This document shows, piece by piece, positions 8,528 through 18,412 of a stretch of 20,000 nt of DNA (the stretch's first letter is position 1; every line of letters starts with the position of its first letter). The translations under genes and the position numbers were made by a program. The stretch is from Pseudomonadota bacterium (GTDB taxonomy: Bacteria; Pseudomonadota; Alphaproteobacteria; Paracaedibacterales; CAIOTO01): NCBI GenBank assembly GCA_040387495.1, contig JAZKDQ010000009.1, positions 52,465-72,464 of the forward strand, read 5' to 3'. The notes beneath the pieces were generated by a model, which had not been told where the DNA came from, made no database searches, and was given only the letters and a program-made list of their open reading frames with translations.

Positions 8528-9565
8528 ATGACCATCACTTTTGACATCGAACAGAAAAATCTATTACGCGACATTCAGCGTCATTTAGCGGTAATGTGCG
8601 CAGATGGCTTCCGAAAATCTGTGTTGTCATTATTCTCACACAAATCTGCACGTAGTGGCATTTATATATATGGCGATGTTGGCCGGGGCAAGACAACGCT
8701 TGTGAGACATGTGTTTGATCAAGTGCACGTTACCAAGCAACGCTATCATTGTGATACTTTTTTTGCAGAACTCCACCGCGCGTTACAGTCACAAGACATC
8801 GACTCACTTGCCCATAACATTCAGCATAAATATCGCATGATTTGGATTGATGAATTGCAAATCTATGATGTAGCGACAGCGATGTTGTTGCGTCGCTTAA
8901 TTCCTGCATTAGTTGAACTTCATGTGATTGTGTTAATGACCGGCAATATTGCGCCTGATGATTTTTATAAAGGTGGGCTAAACCGCGAACAATTTAGTGA
9001 TTTTATCTCATATTTCTGCAGGCATTTTCATTGCCTGGCGTTGGATGGAGCGCTGGATTATCGATTGCAGCAAAAGGCTAGCCAAGATAATACAAGCGCA
9101 GAAAAGCTGTGTCATTTCTGGCTAGCATCACCAGCAGCAACAGTGGCAATGGAAAATATATTTAATGCCTTTGCAGTTGAATCTATTGCGCAAAATGGTA
9201 TCCCTACAAAAATGCCCCCTTCACCCTTTACATTGCAGCTTAAGCATCGGACGTGGGTACTTGCTAAAACACATGCCAAGGCGGCCTTTATTGATTTCTC
9301 CTCACTCGCTCAAACGAGTTGTGCCTTTGATGACTATCGGGCGCTGGTTCAAGAATTCCCTACGATTTTTGTGACGGATGTGCCGATCTTTAATCACACA
9401 AACAGAGACGCCTGCCGGCGGTTTATGGCATTTATTGATATTATGTATGATGGCGGGGCAGAACTTTACATGTCAGCACACAGAGCACCAGCTGAACTGT
9501 ATCAAGATTCAGGGCAGAAATTGCCTTTTGCACGCACGGCTTCGCGCTTGGCTGAGATTTTGTGA
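8528..9565 (+). CDS. zapE: AFG1/ZapE-family ATPase
   Basis: GIYIYGDVGRGKT Walker A, IWIDELQIYDVATAMLL Walker B, LYxxGLNRE-like FYKGGLNRE and RRFMAFIDIMYD...FARTASRLAE. Confidence 0.93.
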   Translation: MTITFDIEQKNLLRDIQRHLAVMCADGFRKSVLSLFSHKSARSGIYIYGDVGRGKTTLVRHVFDQVHVTKQRYHCDTFFAELHRALQSQDIDSLAHNIQHKYRMIWIDELQIYDVATAMLLRRLIPALVELHVIVLMTGNIAPDDFYKGGLNREQFSDFISYFCRHFHCLALDGALDYRLQQKASQDNTSAEKLCHFWLASPAATVAMENIFNAFAVESIAQNGIPTKMPPSPFTLQLKHRTWVLAKTHAKAAFIDFSSLAQTSCAFDDYRALVQEFPTIFVTDVPIFNHTNRDACRRFMAFIDIMYDGGAELYMSAHRAPAELYQDSGQKLPFARTASRLAEIL

Positions 9566-9613
9566 AATTCATATAGACAAAATTACCACAGTTCGGTTAG
9601 ACTATTAGTATAG

Positions 9614-10651
9614 GTGGGGGTAATTACATTGACACGTTTTAGTGCATTTTCAATAATATTTTTCTTTTCTTTTTCTCTGACTAATACTGCGCATAGTGGT
9701 AGGCATGTGGTTTCCGCTATTGTCATCGATGCCAAGAATGGGAATGTGTTACATAGTGAAAATGCTGATCTGCCAAGGCACCCTGCATCGCTTGCAAAAA
9801 AAATGACATTATTTTTGATATTTGAAGCGCTGCAAAATAAAAAGATTAGCCTTAATACAACATATAATGTGTCACCACAAGCAGCCCGCGCGATTCCGTG
9901 CAAGCTTGGTATTTCTGCGGGAAAAGCAGTTACAGTTGATACTATTATCAAAGGACTAGTTACAAAGTCAGCAAACGATATGGCTGTTGTTGTGGCCGAA
10001 GGGCTCTCTGGTAGTATGTCAAAGTTTGTTGAAATGATGAACGCCAAAGCACGCGAGTTGGGCATGAAAAACACAACGTTTACAAATCCTTCAGGCGTGC
10101 CTGACCGGGGGCAATCTTTCCTCAAACGTGGCGTCCAACGACAAACAACTACAGCACGCGACATGGCAATTTTATCACAAGCGCTTTACAATAAATTTCC
10201 GGAACACTGGAAATATTTCAAAATCAGAACCTTTAATTTCTTAGGCAGTGCGCATCATAACCACAATCATTTGATGAAATCATTTCCTGGAATGGATGGC
10301 ATTAAAACAGGTTGGGTCAATGCATCTGGCTTTAATTTGAGCACATCAGCCATACGGTATACACAAGCTGGCAATCCTGTACGGTTATTTGCTGTGGTAT
10401 TGGGTGGCACAACACGTCATGTGCGCGATCGTCGCATGGCAAGTTTGCTGGAAACACATTTCAAGAAATTGGGTGCGACCGTGGTGAAAAATAACAACAC
10501 TACCGATGAGTTGTTTACCCAAACGAATGCACCTGCGGTGAATAATAATGCGAACACCAATAAACTTGATGTATTGTTCAAACAAACAAGCACATCTAAG
10601 ATTAAGAGAAAAAAAAGTAAGTTAGATGTGTTGTTTAACCAGCCTGCATAA
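9614..10651 (+). CDS. D-alanyl-D-alanine carboxypeptidase (peptidase S11)
   Basis: SxxK (HPASLAKKM), SxN (KSAND) and KTG (DGIKTGW) motifs; signal peptide. Confidence 0.95.
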   Translation: MGVITLTRFSAFSIIFFFSFSLTNTAHSGRHVVSAIVIDAKNGNVLHSENADLPRHPASLAKKMTLFLIFEALQNKKISLNTTYNVSPQAARAIPCKLGISAGKAVTVDTIIKGLVTKSANDMAVVVAEGLSGSMSKFVEMMNAKARELGMKNTTFTNPSGVPDRGQSFLKRGVQRQTTTARDMAILSQALYNKFPEHWKYFKIRTFNFLGSAHHNHNHLMKSFPGMDGIKTGWVNASGFNLSTSAIRYTQAGNPVRLFAVVLGGTTRHVRDRRMASLLETHFKKLGATVVKNNNTTDELFTQTNAPAVNNNANTNKLDVLFKQTSTSKIKRKKSKLDVLFNQPA

Positions 10652-10660
10652 TTTTATTTT

Positions 10661-10924
10661 TTATTGCTTAGTTATACATCCCCAGACAGTAGTCTGAACA
10701 CCATTTAGCATTGCCTTGCCGGATAGACAAGATTCTCCTTTGTTAGGGCAGTACCCAGAAAAAGTGCCCTCACAACGAGTCTGACATGCACCTTCACGAC
10801 AAGACTGATGAGTATTGGCACATGTTCCCGTAGGATTTCTGGAACTGCAATGACCAGCAAAACTTTGGCCGCAGATAAAAGCACTTGCGAACATAAGTAT
10901 GAAAAGTCGTATTTTTTTAGTCAT
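10661..10924 (-). CDS. small secreted cysteine-rich protein (87 aa, 8 Cys in mature part)
   Basis: Likely start is the ATG at 10924 rather than 10972. The signal peptide MTKKIRLFILMFASAFICGQSFA precedes a 64-aa domain with 8 Cys. Confidence 0.75.
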   Translation of the reverse strand: MTKKIRLFILMFASAFICGQSFAGHCSSRNPTGTCANTHQSCREGACQTRCEGTFSGYCPNKGESCLSGKAMLNGVQTTVWGCITKQ

Positions 10925-11226
10925 AGCATTTATCCAATATAAAAAATTATTTAAATTTAAATTACACTTCATTATACATGGATAAATATTAACAAATAGT
11001 AAATTATAGTTTTACTATTTTTATTTATGATATATAATCCTGAAATTTAAAATGAATTACACGCCATGGGATAACAAAACTGCGTGCAAAAATATGTGCA
11101 AAATGATATGATTTTCTTTATGTACCGCATATCACATTAGGGCATACATATTTTAGATGTGTTTAGCGCTGGTCAAACCAGTTAAAAGCACGAATGATAA
11201 CACTTATTTTTTATTGAATAGGCAAG

Positions 11227-11832
11227 ATGGAACACACATTGCTTACAAAAACAGCATCACCAACGATAAGTTTCATGCCTCCAAAAACGATAGTTCTTGT
11301 GGGATTAATGGGTTGTGGAAAAACAAGTATTGGGAAACGTTTAGCAAAACGGCTCGAGCTTCCTTTTCATGATTCGGATCATGCAGTAGAAGACGCTGCT
11401 GGTTGCCCCATAAAAGATATTTATAATATCTATGGAGAAGAAGCATTCTTAAGCGGCGAACAACGCGTTATCGCCAGACTTTTAGAGCAGCCAACACATA
11501 TCCTTGCAACTGGTGGCAGTTCATTTGCGTATGAACCTACGCGTGAGTTAATTAAGAACAGTGCCATCTCTGTATGGTTAAATGCTGATCTTGACACCTT
11601 GGTCGCGCGCGTATCACGTCGTAATGATCGCCCATTGCTTACAAACGGGAATCAACGTGAAGTGCTTGAAAAAATGATTGAGGATCGCTATCCGCTGTAT
11701 CAACAAGCCGATATTCACGTACAAACATTGGACGAGCCAACAAACACAACGGTTGATCGTGTGATTCAAGCCATGACGGATTTTATTCGCGAGAAGTATC
11801 CATCATATTATGTTTTGAAATCGGTCATGTAG
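11227..11832 (+). CDS. aroK: shikimate kinase
   Basis: IVLVGLMGCGKTSIGKRLA P-loop, D-S-D, GEEAF, ATGG and RPLL motifs. Confidence 0.95.
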   Translation: MEHTLLTKTASPTISFMPPKTIVLVGLMGCGKTSIGKRLAKRLELPFHDSDHAVEDAAGCPIKDIYNIYGEEAFLSGEQRVIARLLEQPTHILATGGSSFAYEPTRELIKNSAISVWLNADLDTLVARVSRRNDRPLLTNGNQREVLEKMIEDRYPLYQQADIHVQTLDEPTNTTVDRVIQAMTDFIREKYPSYYVLKSVM

Positions 11833-11862
11833 TACCAATTACATTAGGATTTAAATGACGTG

Positions 11863-11891
11863 CCTCAGGTTTTGTGCCTGAGGTTTTTTTT
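11863..11891 (+). terminator. rho-independent terminator after aroK
   Basis: CCTCAGG-ttttgtg-CCTGAGG stem followed by T8. Confidence 0.8.
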
Positions 11892-11966
11892 GTTTATTTA
11901 AATAGCCCTTGAATTTCTTAAATTCGTTATTACATATAGATATATACATCCAAATACATCAGAATC

Positions 11967-12947
11967 ATGAAACATCGATACATATTAAGATTATTAATTA
12001 TTTTATCTATTCAATTTTCTGCTGTAACTGCTATAGCATCGGATCAAGAAACGGACACACAAAGGACTGTGCGCGAAGTTTATAGCGTTCTTAATGGTTC
12101 ACATTACGAATTTTCTGCTCCAGATGAAGGAGGCCACCCTACTTCATTACCAGAAAATATTTTTGAAAAAAGAATTAACGAAAAAAACAATGCGCCTTCC
12201 TTTTATTCCCGTAATACTGTGCTTCCTGCTGATGCAATTGAACAACTTATTACACCGAAAAGTGGGGAAACCCACTACATTGAATGCAATATTGCGGCGT
12301 CAATATGTCAAAATGCTCTGTTTATGCACGCTTTGGGGGGAGAGGATTATTTCAATCATTTTTCTTTAAATGCTTCGGCAACATGGAAAACTATGTGTCC
12401 GTCAGAACCTTCGTATAAATTTCTTTCGAATATAGTGTTAAGTAATAAGGCGGATGAAAATGAAAATTTTGCGAACGATCTATTGATTGCCCCGTTACCT
12501 CTTAAGGGGGGCAAGTTAGACCTAACCAAACTGTCCACTGGAGATATCCTGTCACTTGAGAATGATTCTTTATATTACCATCGTCATCCATATGGAAGAT
12601 GCGGAGCAGAAAATGTGGTTTTTTATGGGTTCAATGAAGATAGAAAGCCTTTATTTTTTGGATTTAAAGGAATTTTTGAAGATGGGAAGCCCCATACATT
12701 AAATGAAATCCAAATAGCAATGTTAGAAGATTTTTTAAAAGAACCAAATGAATTTGAAAACAATTATCATGCCTACTACCCACTTTCTAGTGATGTAAGC
12801 GATAGAATAGAAAAACAAATTACTGTCATAAAAGAAATAGGAAACAATAATCTTGCAAGCGAGATTTACCAACCAGAAATTGGAATAACTTTAGCAACTG
12901 AAAATATTGAACGTATAAAAACAATCATAGGGGGAGGAGAGCTCTAA
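11967..12947 (+). CDS. secreted Tgl-like (transglutaminase/papain-fold) protein
   Basis: Signal peptide. Motifs PADAI, HYIECNIA, LGGEDYFN, GDILSLEN and GAENVV are colinear with Bacillus Tgl motifs as I recall them. Confidence 0.6.
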   Translation: MKHRYILRLLIILSIQFSAVTAIASDQETDTQRTVREVYSVLNGSHYEFSAPDEGGHPTSLPENIFEKRINEKNNAPSFYSRNTVLPADAIEQLITPKSGETHYIECNIAASICQNALFMHALGGEDYFNHFSLNASATWKTMCPSEPSYKFLSNIVLSNKADENENFANDLLIAPLPLKGGKLDLTKLSTGDILSLENDSLYYHRHPYGRCGAENVVFYGFNEDRKPLFFGFKGIFEDGKPHTLNEIQIAMLEDFLKEPNEFENNYHAYYPLSSDVSDRIEKQITVIKEIGNNNLASEIYQPEIGITLATENIERIKTIIGGGEL

Positions 12948-12970
12948 ATAACTTGCCCACAAACCGCGCA

Positions 12971-13006
12971 TGGGGTCGTTTGACACCCCACCAATAATTT
13001 TTTTTA
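12971..13006 (+). terminator. putative terminator hairpin
   Basis: TGGGGT...ACCCCA stem at 12971-12990 with a T-run shortly after. Confidence 0.5.
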
Positions 13007-13101
13007 ATTTCCATCCATCGCCAAATCATAAAATATTTATACAATTTAATTGAAAAATATCATACAATTATTTCAATCAAATTTAATTAAAAAGGTCTTT
13101 T

Positions 13102-14421
13102 GTGAGAATACAATCTATCATATGCGGATTATCAATCCTTTTTTATGTAACAACCATACATGCCGCAAGCTATTCCGTTGATGACCCACACGCGATCCCC
13201 ATGCGTTACAATCTGATGACTGCCAATGAATTAGATACATATGATCCAAAAATACGCTGCGCAGAAGAGGCACGAAAAGCCAGCATGGTTTGTGAGGCGG
13301 CCACGAGATGGTCAAACGAATATAAGTCAGCGATTATCGATAATGCACAAAAAATAAGATCCAATATGTTGGATTTGTATAAAAGTGATTTAAATGAATT
13401 GGATGCACATATTAATGATATGAAATGGGACTTAATAAGCATAGAGCTATATATTGATTGTAAAAAACACATAGCTCACATCATTCAACATGCACACCTT
13501 GGCATAACAATAGTATCAGAAGATACTTGGTATCCTTATAATTATAACTTATATGTGCCTTGTAAACCAAAAAAGATGTCAACTGAGGACATAACATTTG
13601 GAAAATTAAAATGGGGGTCTGACTATGAAGTCTTTGAATTCTCAGAGTTAGAATACAATGAATATCATAAGATTCGAAACTCAGGATCAACTGATGATTC
13701 AACTGTTTTTGAGATATTCAAGAAACGAAAAGCACCTGGAACCAATAATGAAATAGAAATAAAGGAAAAAGAAGCATGTGTGCTGAATGCTAAATTGGAG
13801 GCTCTTAAGATAAAAAAAGATGAAACAATTAAACGTATGAATGCGAAAATTGGGGAATTACAAGATACCCAAGCGGCGCTTTATAGAAGAAAATGGCCAG
13901 AAAATGTGTCTCAGATATCAACTTTAAACCAATTTTTTGGACAATATCTTGGGGTCCTTAACAAATATGTATACGAAAACCCACATGCACCCTTTATTCC
14001 AATGCTGGAATCAGCAATGGCATTTTATTTCCAAGGCTATCATGAGGAGGAATCCAAGAGCTATCACCACAAAAATATCATTTCTTGTATTAATGACATT
14101 AATACTTTCTTACCAACTCTTGATATGTATACATCGTCATGGTTATCCAGCATTCTTGGCCCGATTCTACACCCACGCATTCTGACAGTGCCAATTACAG
14201 CAACACCAACGACGCTAGCTATGGGAATTTCAGCACTTTTAGAAGCAAGTGCTATAATTGCAGGGCATACCCCACCAAAGCAATACAATCGGCAAAATGA
14301 TAAGAGGCACATTCAGCAATGCAATACAGTCTCGCCTAATAGTTCACCTGAGAATGCCAGCAAAGTTCGAGGAAAACAAAACCAGCGACCTAATTTAAAC
14401 CAAAGACGGGTAGCTTTTTGA
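13102..14421 (+). CDS. secreted hypothetical protein with coiled-coil segments
   Basis: 439-aa ORF, AAAGG RBS, signal peptide ending IHA, K/E-rich helical stretches and a polar, probably disordered C-terminus. Confidence 0.8.
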   Translation: MRIQSIICGLSILFYVTTIHAASYSVDDPHAIPMRYNLMTANELDTYDPKIRCAEEARKASMVCEAATRWSNEYKSAIIDNAQKIRSNMLDLYKSDLNELDAHINDMKWDLISIELYIDCKKHIAHIIQHAHLGITIVSEDTWYPYNYNLYVPCKPKKMSTEDITFGKLKWGSDYEVFEFSELEYNEYHKIRNSGSTDDSTVFEIFKKRKAPGTNNEIEIKEKEACVLNAKLEALKIKKDETIKRMNAKIGELQDTQAALYRRKWPENVSQISTLNQFFGQYLGVLNKYVYENPHAPFIPMLESAMAFYFQGYHEEESKSYHHKNIISCINDINTFLPTLDMYTSSWLSSILGPILHPRILTVPITATPTTLAMGISALLEASAIIAGHTPPKQYNRQNDKRHIQQCNTVSPNSSPENASKVRGKQNQRPNLNQRRVAF

Positions 14422-14471
14422 AGTTGTTTTGCGCCGTACAGTTGTCTATCCACCAACTGCATAATGGACTT

Positions 14472-15029
14472 TTACCCACCAACTGCGCAGGAAACTGTTT
14501 GGCACCCCACGGGGATAATCGCGTAGTTGGGATGGGCAAACGTAGGGCTAATTGTAGACATTAGACCTGAAAACGCCAATGTCGGCGGGAATAGAGTCAC
14601 CAATTTTGGCTCGATCATAACGCGATAGGGAAGCGTCCAAATACTCATATGCACAGTTGTATTTTTATGATCGCCAGCATATGTCTGCACAAAGCACGAT
14701 TGGGGTTGTAAAACCAATGTATTGTATCTAATTGATGTGGTAAGCGGGATAGAAATGGTTCGTGTGCGATTCATTTTTATTTCAATCACGTTGAAAATAG
14801 CCGCCGTGCACATATGAGGAGGGGGAGCCCACGCGGATTGCGGGTGAATTAGGTTTTGCACACTATTAGGTTGTGTCTGGAGTTGATTTGGGTCTGGTTG
14901 AGCAAATGCTGGCTGTGGTGCAGCATTTATCGGTTGCATAGCATGTTCTGGTGCCGTTGATGGTACAGGCAGCTGCGCGTATACATCAACGGCTTTGAGT
15001 GAGATGAGTAGCAATAAAAATTTACGCAT
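14472..15029 (-). CDS. DUF2155-like secreted protein with P/Q-rich linker
   Basis: Signal peptide and a C-terminal pattern ...QSC...FSGLMSTISP...HPNYAIIPVGC resembling DUF2155 (FSGWMFAxSP...HPxYDVWxxxC). Confidence 0.65.
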   Translation of the reverse strand: MRKFLLLLISLKAVDVYAQLPVPSTAPEHAMQPINAAPQPAFAQPDPNQLQTQPNSVQNLIHPQSAWAPPPHMCTAAIFNVIEIKMNRTRTISIPLTTSIRYNTLVLQPQSCFVQTYAGDHKNTTVHMSIWTLPYRVMIEPKLVTLFPPTLAFSGLMSTISPTFAHPNYAIIPVGCQTVSCAVGG

Positions 15030-15060
15030 TAACGTGATTTATACCCATTACAAATGATTA

Positions 15061-15579
15061 TTAATCTGCTTTCACAGTCTTAAGACGAGTAATTACTTCT
15101 TTATCATTCAAGAAGCGTACTACGTCTGAATCAGTCGCTATAACAGATACAGCATAAAGAAGCTGACAAACATATGACATTGAATCAGACATTGCCTTAC
15201 CAGGATTTGCTATTGCGTTGCGTCCCTTAGCAATAAGAGCCAAACCATGATTACAAAAAACTGCAGGACGTTTGAATATGGACTTAGATTCGCTAGTTTC
15301 TTTAACAAAAAATGCTACATATTCAAGTGCCTTTCCATTAGTAACGTCGGTGATTATGGCCCATGTAACTTCTCTTCCATTCCAAACAACATCTGTAACG
15401 CCATATACAGAACCTAATAATTTTCTTTCTTTAAATTGTTCACATAGACCTTTAACGCTGCTTACTTCTGAAATTGCCAATGTTGGAAGAGCTTTTAATG
15501 TATCTATATCTGCACACATTGCATTTGATCCCGCAACCAAACCAGCCAATAAGACGGCCATAATCTTTATTTTATTCAT
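15061..15579 (-). CDS. secreted hypothetical protein
   Basis: Signal peptide MNKIKIMAVLLAGLVAGSNAMCA; purine-rich GGAAAGAAAAG RBS region. Confidence 0.8.
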   Translation of the reverse strand: MNKIKIMAVLLAGLVAGSNAMCADIDTLKALPTLAISEVSSVKGLCEQFKERKLLGSVYGVTDVVWNGREVTWAIITDVTNGKALEYVAFFVKETSESKSIFKRPAVFCNHGLALIAKGRNAIANPGKAMSDSMSYVCQLLYAVSVIATDSDVVRFLNDKEVITRLKTVKAD

Positions 15580-15965
15580 TCTTTTCTTTCCACTTTTGCT
15601 ACTAATATTATTTATTCATAGCGTGATGTCATTCACACTGAATCTTTAATACACGAAATGTATACTAAAAACCAGAAAAATTTATGATTAATGTTGATAA
15701 AAAAAATTACATCTACTTTCAATAGGTATTTGTATTTAACACATAAAATACTACACTTGTGTGATTTCTAGTATGTGATGCCTGGCCCGCGACATAACTT
15801 CCCTCGGGTGATCGTTTGATAAAAACTGATGGAGACCTAATGGCGTATAATGGGAACTGATAGGGAATAAACAATCAATTAGAGCATCAAATTATAAGAT
15901 GAAAGACTATATTAGCTGTCACATAGAAACGAGCATGAACTGAATTAATTTTGGCTTACATTAAA

Positions 15966-15981
15966 TTAAATTAGAATTAAC
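15966..15981. promoter_or_regulatory. CtrA-box-like site
   Basis: TTAA-attagaa-TTAAC about 40 bp upstream of the ORF at 16022. Confidence 0.35.
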
Positions 15982-16021
15982 CGAAAATAAAATATAATAG
16001 TACACGCACACACTGCATTAA

Positions 16022-17260
16022 ATGATAAGGAAATGTACCGTGAAAGTTAAGACTCGTTCTATTTGTGCGTTATCTATTGTCATTGTTTTTTTTACTGCTA
16101 CCTTTTCCACGGCTATAAGCGCAATGGAGAAGGGATCTGTAAATCCTGCTCATCTTATCGAGGCAGGTCAGACACGCTCAGACAGGTTGTTTTCACGTGT
16201 GAGTAATCTTGCATCAAGTTTCATATCTAAAACACCTTCTCTAAAAAAATCAAAAATTGCTGCCATAGAGAATTTAAGTGAGACAGAAATTTGGACGTCG
16301 TCACAAAGTTCTATTTCCAACAAACCTAGCGTTGATCAATACACACTGTTCGTGCCGGAATTTAACCTTTTCACACCTGAGATAACCACGTTGATTGCTG
16401 AAAAGGCATTATCCTTTGAAGCTAAATTTTACCACCATGATCTAGTTGAAGTGTTTCTTTATGGAAACGCACCTGCATTTAGCACAAAAACATCCCTTGC
16501 ATATATCACCATTAACGGAGTTTTCATTCACGAAGATTGCCGTCAGGATGTAAGGGATTGCATAAAACCACTCACCAATATATTAAAAGTCATCTTAGCT
16601 GAATCAAAGATACAGGGCAGAAATATACAAGGTGAAGAAAAGCTTCATCAATTATCGCATATTTCACGCTTTTACCGGCTTTCAAAGATACAGGAATTAT
16701 CGCAGACAGGCGATGAAATGCCTGTTGATTTACCTGAAACAAGGGATGTAAGCACCAAAAGTAGAAAAATGATAACACTTAATTTGCATACGCTTTGGCA
16801 CTATTATCAAAGGATTCAGCGCTTGTGCGGAGAGATCACGGGTGTGTCAGACCAAAGTCAATGGGCCTCGATGCGAATTATGTCGTGTGATTGTGTTGAC
16901 CCTGAAAAAGACCAGATTGCTGCGAATGGTGCCATTGCCGTTGAGTGGCACATGGGATTTCCGAATGCATTTCTGACGCCACTGGGACGTCTTAACGTTA
17001 CTCGACCAGAATTTAATAATATGAATTCTAGTGGTTCTAAATTCCCAGAGTTTAGCAATCAAAAGATTCGTTCAGGTAAGGAGAAAGTTAAAAATTTACT
17101 CGGTTCTAAACGTCATACATGGTCTTTTAGCAGTATCGAAGGGCTTAACGAACTGGAAGATGCATCATCACCAGAACATCCTTTAATGTCAGATCTGATT
17201 TGTGCTACTGATGCCAAGCAGGTTTGGTCGCTTGTTAAGCCAAGATGCCGCAATGGTTAG
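16022..17260 (+). CDS. secreted hypothetical protein
   Basis: 412-aa ORF with a hydrophobic signal ending AISA-ME. The start may be the GTG at 16040. Confidence 0.8.
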   Translation: MIRKCTVKVKTRSICALSIVIVFFTATFSTAISAMEKGSVNPAHLIEAGQTRSDRLFSRVSNLASSFISKTPSLKKSKIAAIENLSETEIWTSSQSSISNKPSVDQYTLFVPEFNLFTPEITTLIAEKALSFEAKFYHHDLVEVFLYGNAPAFSTKTSLAYITINGVFIHEDCRQDVRDCIKPLTNILKVILAESKIQGRNIQGEEKLHQLSHISRFYRLSKIQELSQTGDEMPVDLPETRDVSTKSRKMITLNLHTLWHYYQRIQRLCGEITGVSDQSQWASMRIMSCDCVDPEKDQIAANGAIAVEWHMGFPNAFLTPLGRLNVTRPEFNNMNSSGSKFPEFSNQKIRSGKEKVKNLLGSKRHTWSFSSIEGLNELEDASSPEHPLMSDLICATDAKQVWSLVKPRCRNG

Positions 17261-17417
17261 TCTAAGGATTTAAGTGTTATAACACCTCTGCGCTATTCTT
17301 TCGCTAGATGAGATACGAAAAATTAAAAACTCTTGAAAAATAAATATAATTATTATATTAATTTAAAAAATTATCACATAAAATTATTTATATTAATACC
17401 ATACCGCAGGAGCACGT

Positions 17418-17999
17418 GTGCATATCTTTAAAAAAACAATTTCTATCGTGGTTTTTTCAGCAGTCCATGTCGCCACAACATATGAAAGTTATGCTATTGA
17501 TTCATTTTTTGAAACATATAAAAGAATATTTTCAAACGATTATTATCCTTTGATTACACAACAAAATCAAAATAATTTTTCTTATTCTTCCAATAAAGAG
17601 CACCCCGGAACAAACCCAGAAGTTGAACTATATCAGAGTTTTCCTCATTATGACCAAACGCGCGCCGATGAATACCTAGAAGTTAATGAAACGTTTTCTA
17701 AGAAACATGGTCTTTCAAAGCTTGTTTCTAATCAATTATGCACTTGTGCAGAAAGAAATTATCCAGATGGTGTAAACGAAATCATTGATACGTTGAATTA
17801 TTTGAGAAAAAACGAAAAAATTAGAGATCCATCATTAAAAAAGAATGGGATTCGCTTTGTAGGCATCAAGGCTTTACATATAGCCAAAAAGAGAGTCAAC
17901 GGCCGTATCGATAAAAATAATTATCATGAAATCATAGATATATTTGCTCATCACGGTGTTGTGCTTGGAGGAAAACAGGGCCCAGAGAAAAGGAATTAG
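17418..17999 (+). CDS. secreted hypothetical protein
   Basis: AGGAG RBS, GTG start, signal peptide ending SYA. Confidence 0.75.
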   Translation: MHIFKKTISIVVFSAVHVATTYESYAIDSFFETYKRIFSNDYYPLITQQNQNNFSYSSNKEHPGTNPEVELYQSFPHYDQTRADEYLEVNETFSKKHGLSKLVSNQLCTCAERNYPDGVNEIIDTLNYLRKNEKIRDPSLKKNGIRFVGIKALHIAKKRVNGRIDKNNYHEIIDIFAHHGVVLGGKQGPEKRN

Positions 18000-18067
18000 A
18001 ATGTCCCTGCTAATGGCAGGTCGATGAATCATCTTCATTTTGTAACAGCATCTAGAAAGGAAAAACT

Positions 18068-18412
18068 ATGTCACATTCTTTTAAAATTCCCCTTATTTTG
18101 ATGATAGCAATGTCACCAGGTTTTAGCGTAAATGGCAATGATGCAATTAATGATGAAATCATGGGTGCGTATCATCTTCCATCTTTATCCAGAGCGCTGA
18201 GCAATCTTTGCGAATGGTTCGTTCATACAATGGATGCGGTCGAGACGGCTGTATACAAGGTGCCTAGTGATTATATCGAAAAGCAATGCACGCCGAATGT
18301 ATGTGAAGAGTCATGCAGTGACATTTTACTAAATTTACGTGTTGATGGAGGAGACGATGCCCTGCCTTGTGTCGTATATCAAAAGCTGTGGACGAATCGC
18401 TTAACGCAATAA
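18068..18412 (+). CDS. small secreted hypothetical protein
   Basis: AAGGA RBS and signal-like N-terminus; 114 aa with 5 Cys. Confidence 0.65.
   Translation: MSHSFKIPLILMIAMSPGFSVNGNDAINDEIMGAYHLPSLSRALSNLCEWFVHTMDAVETAVYKVPSDYIEKQCTPNVCEESCSDILLNLRVDGGDDALPCVVYQKLWTNRLTQ

Noticed and set aside
9165..10585. ORFs 9165-9374, 9378-9608, 9583-10164 and 10385-10585
   Set aside because: Shadows of zapE and the carboxypeptidase gene.
11084..11110. Short GTGCAAAA direct repeat upstream of aroK
   Set aside because: Too short to distinguish from chance.
15775..15870. GC-richer intergenic patch considered as a riboswitch or ncRNA (fluoride-like CTGATG)
   Set aside because: I could not build the required stems, and there is no matching downstream gene. 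An Rfam/Infernal search would settle it.
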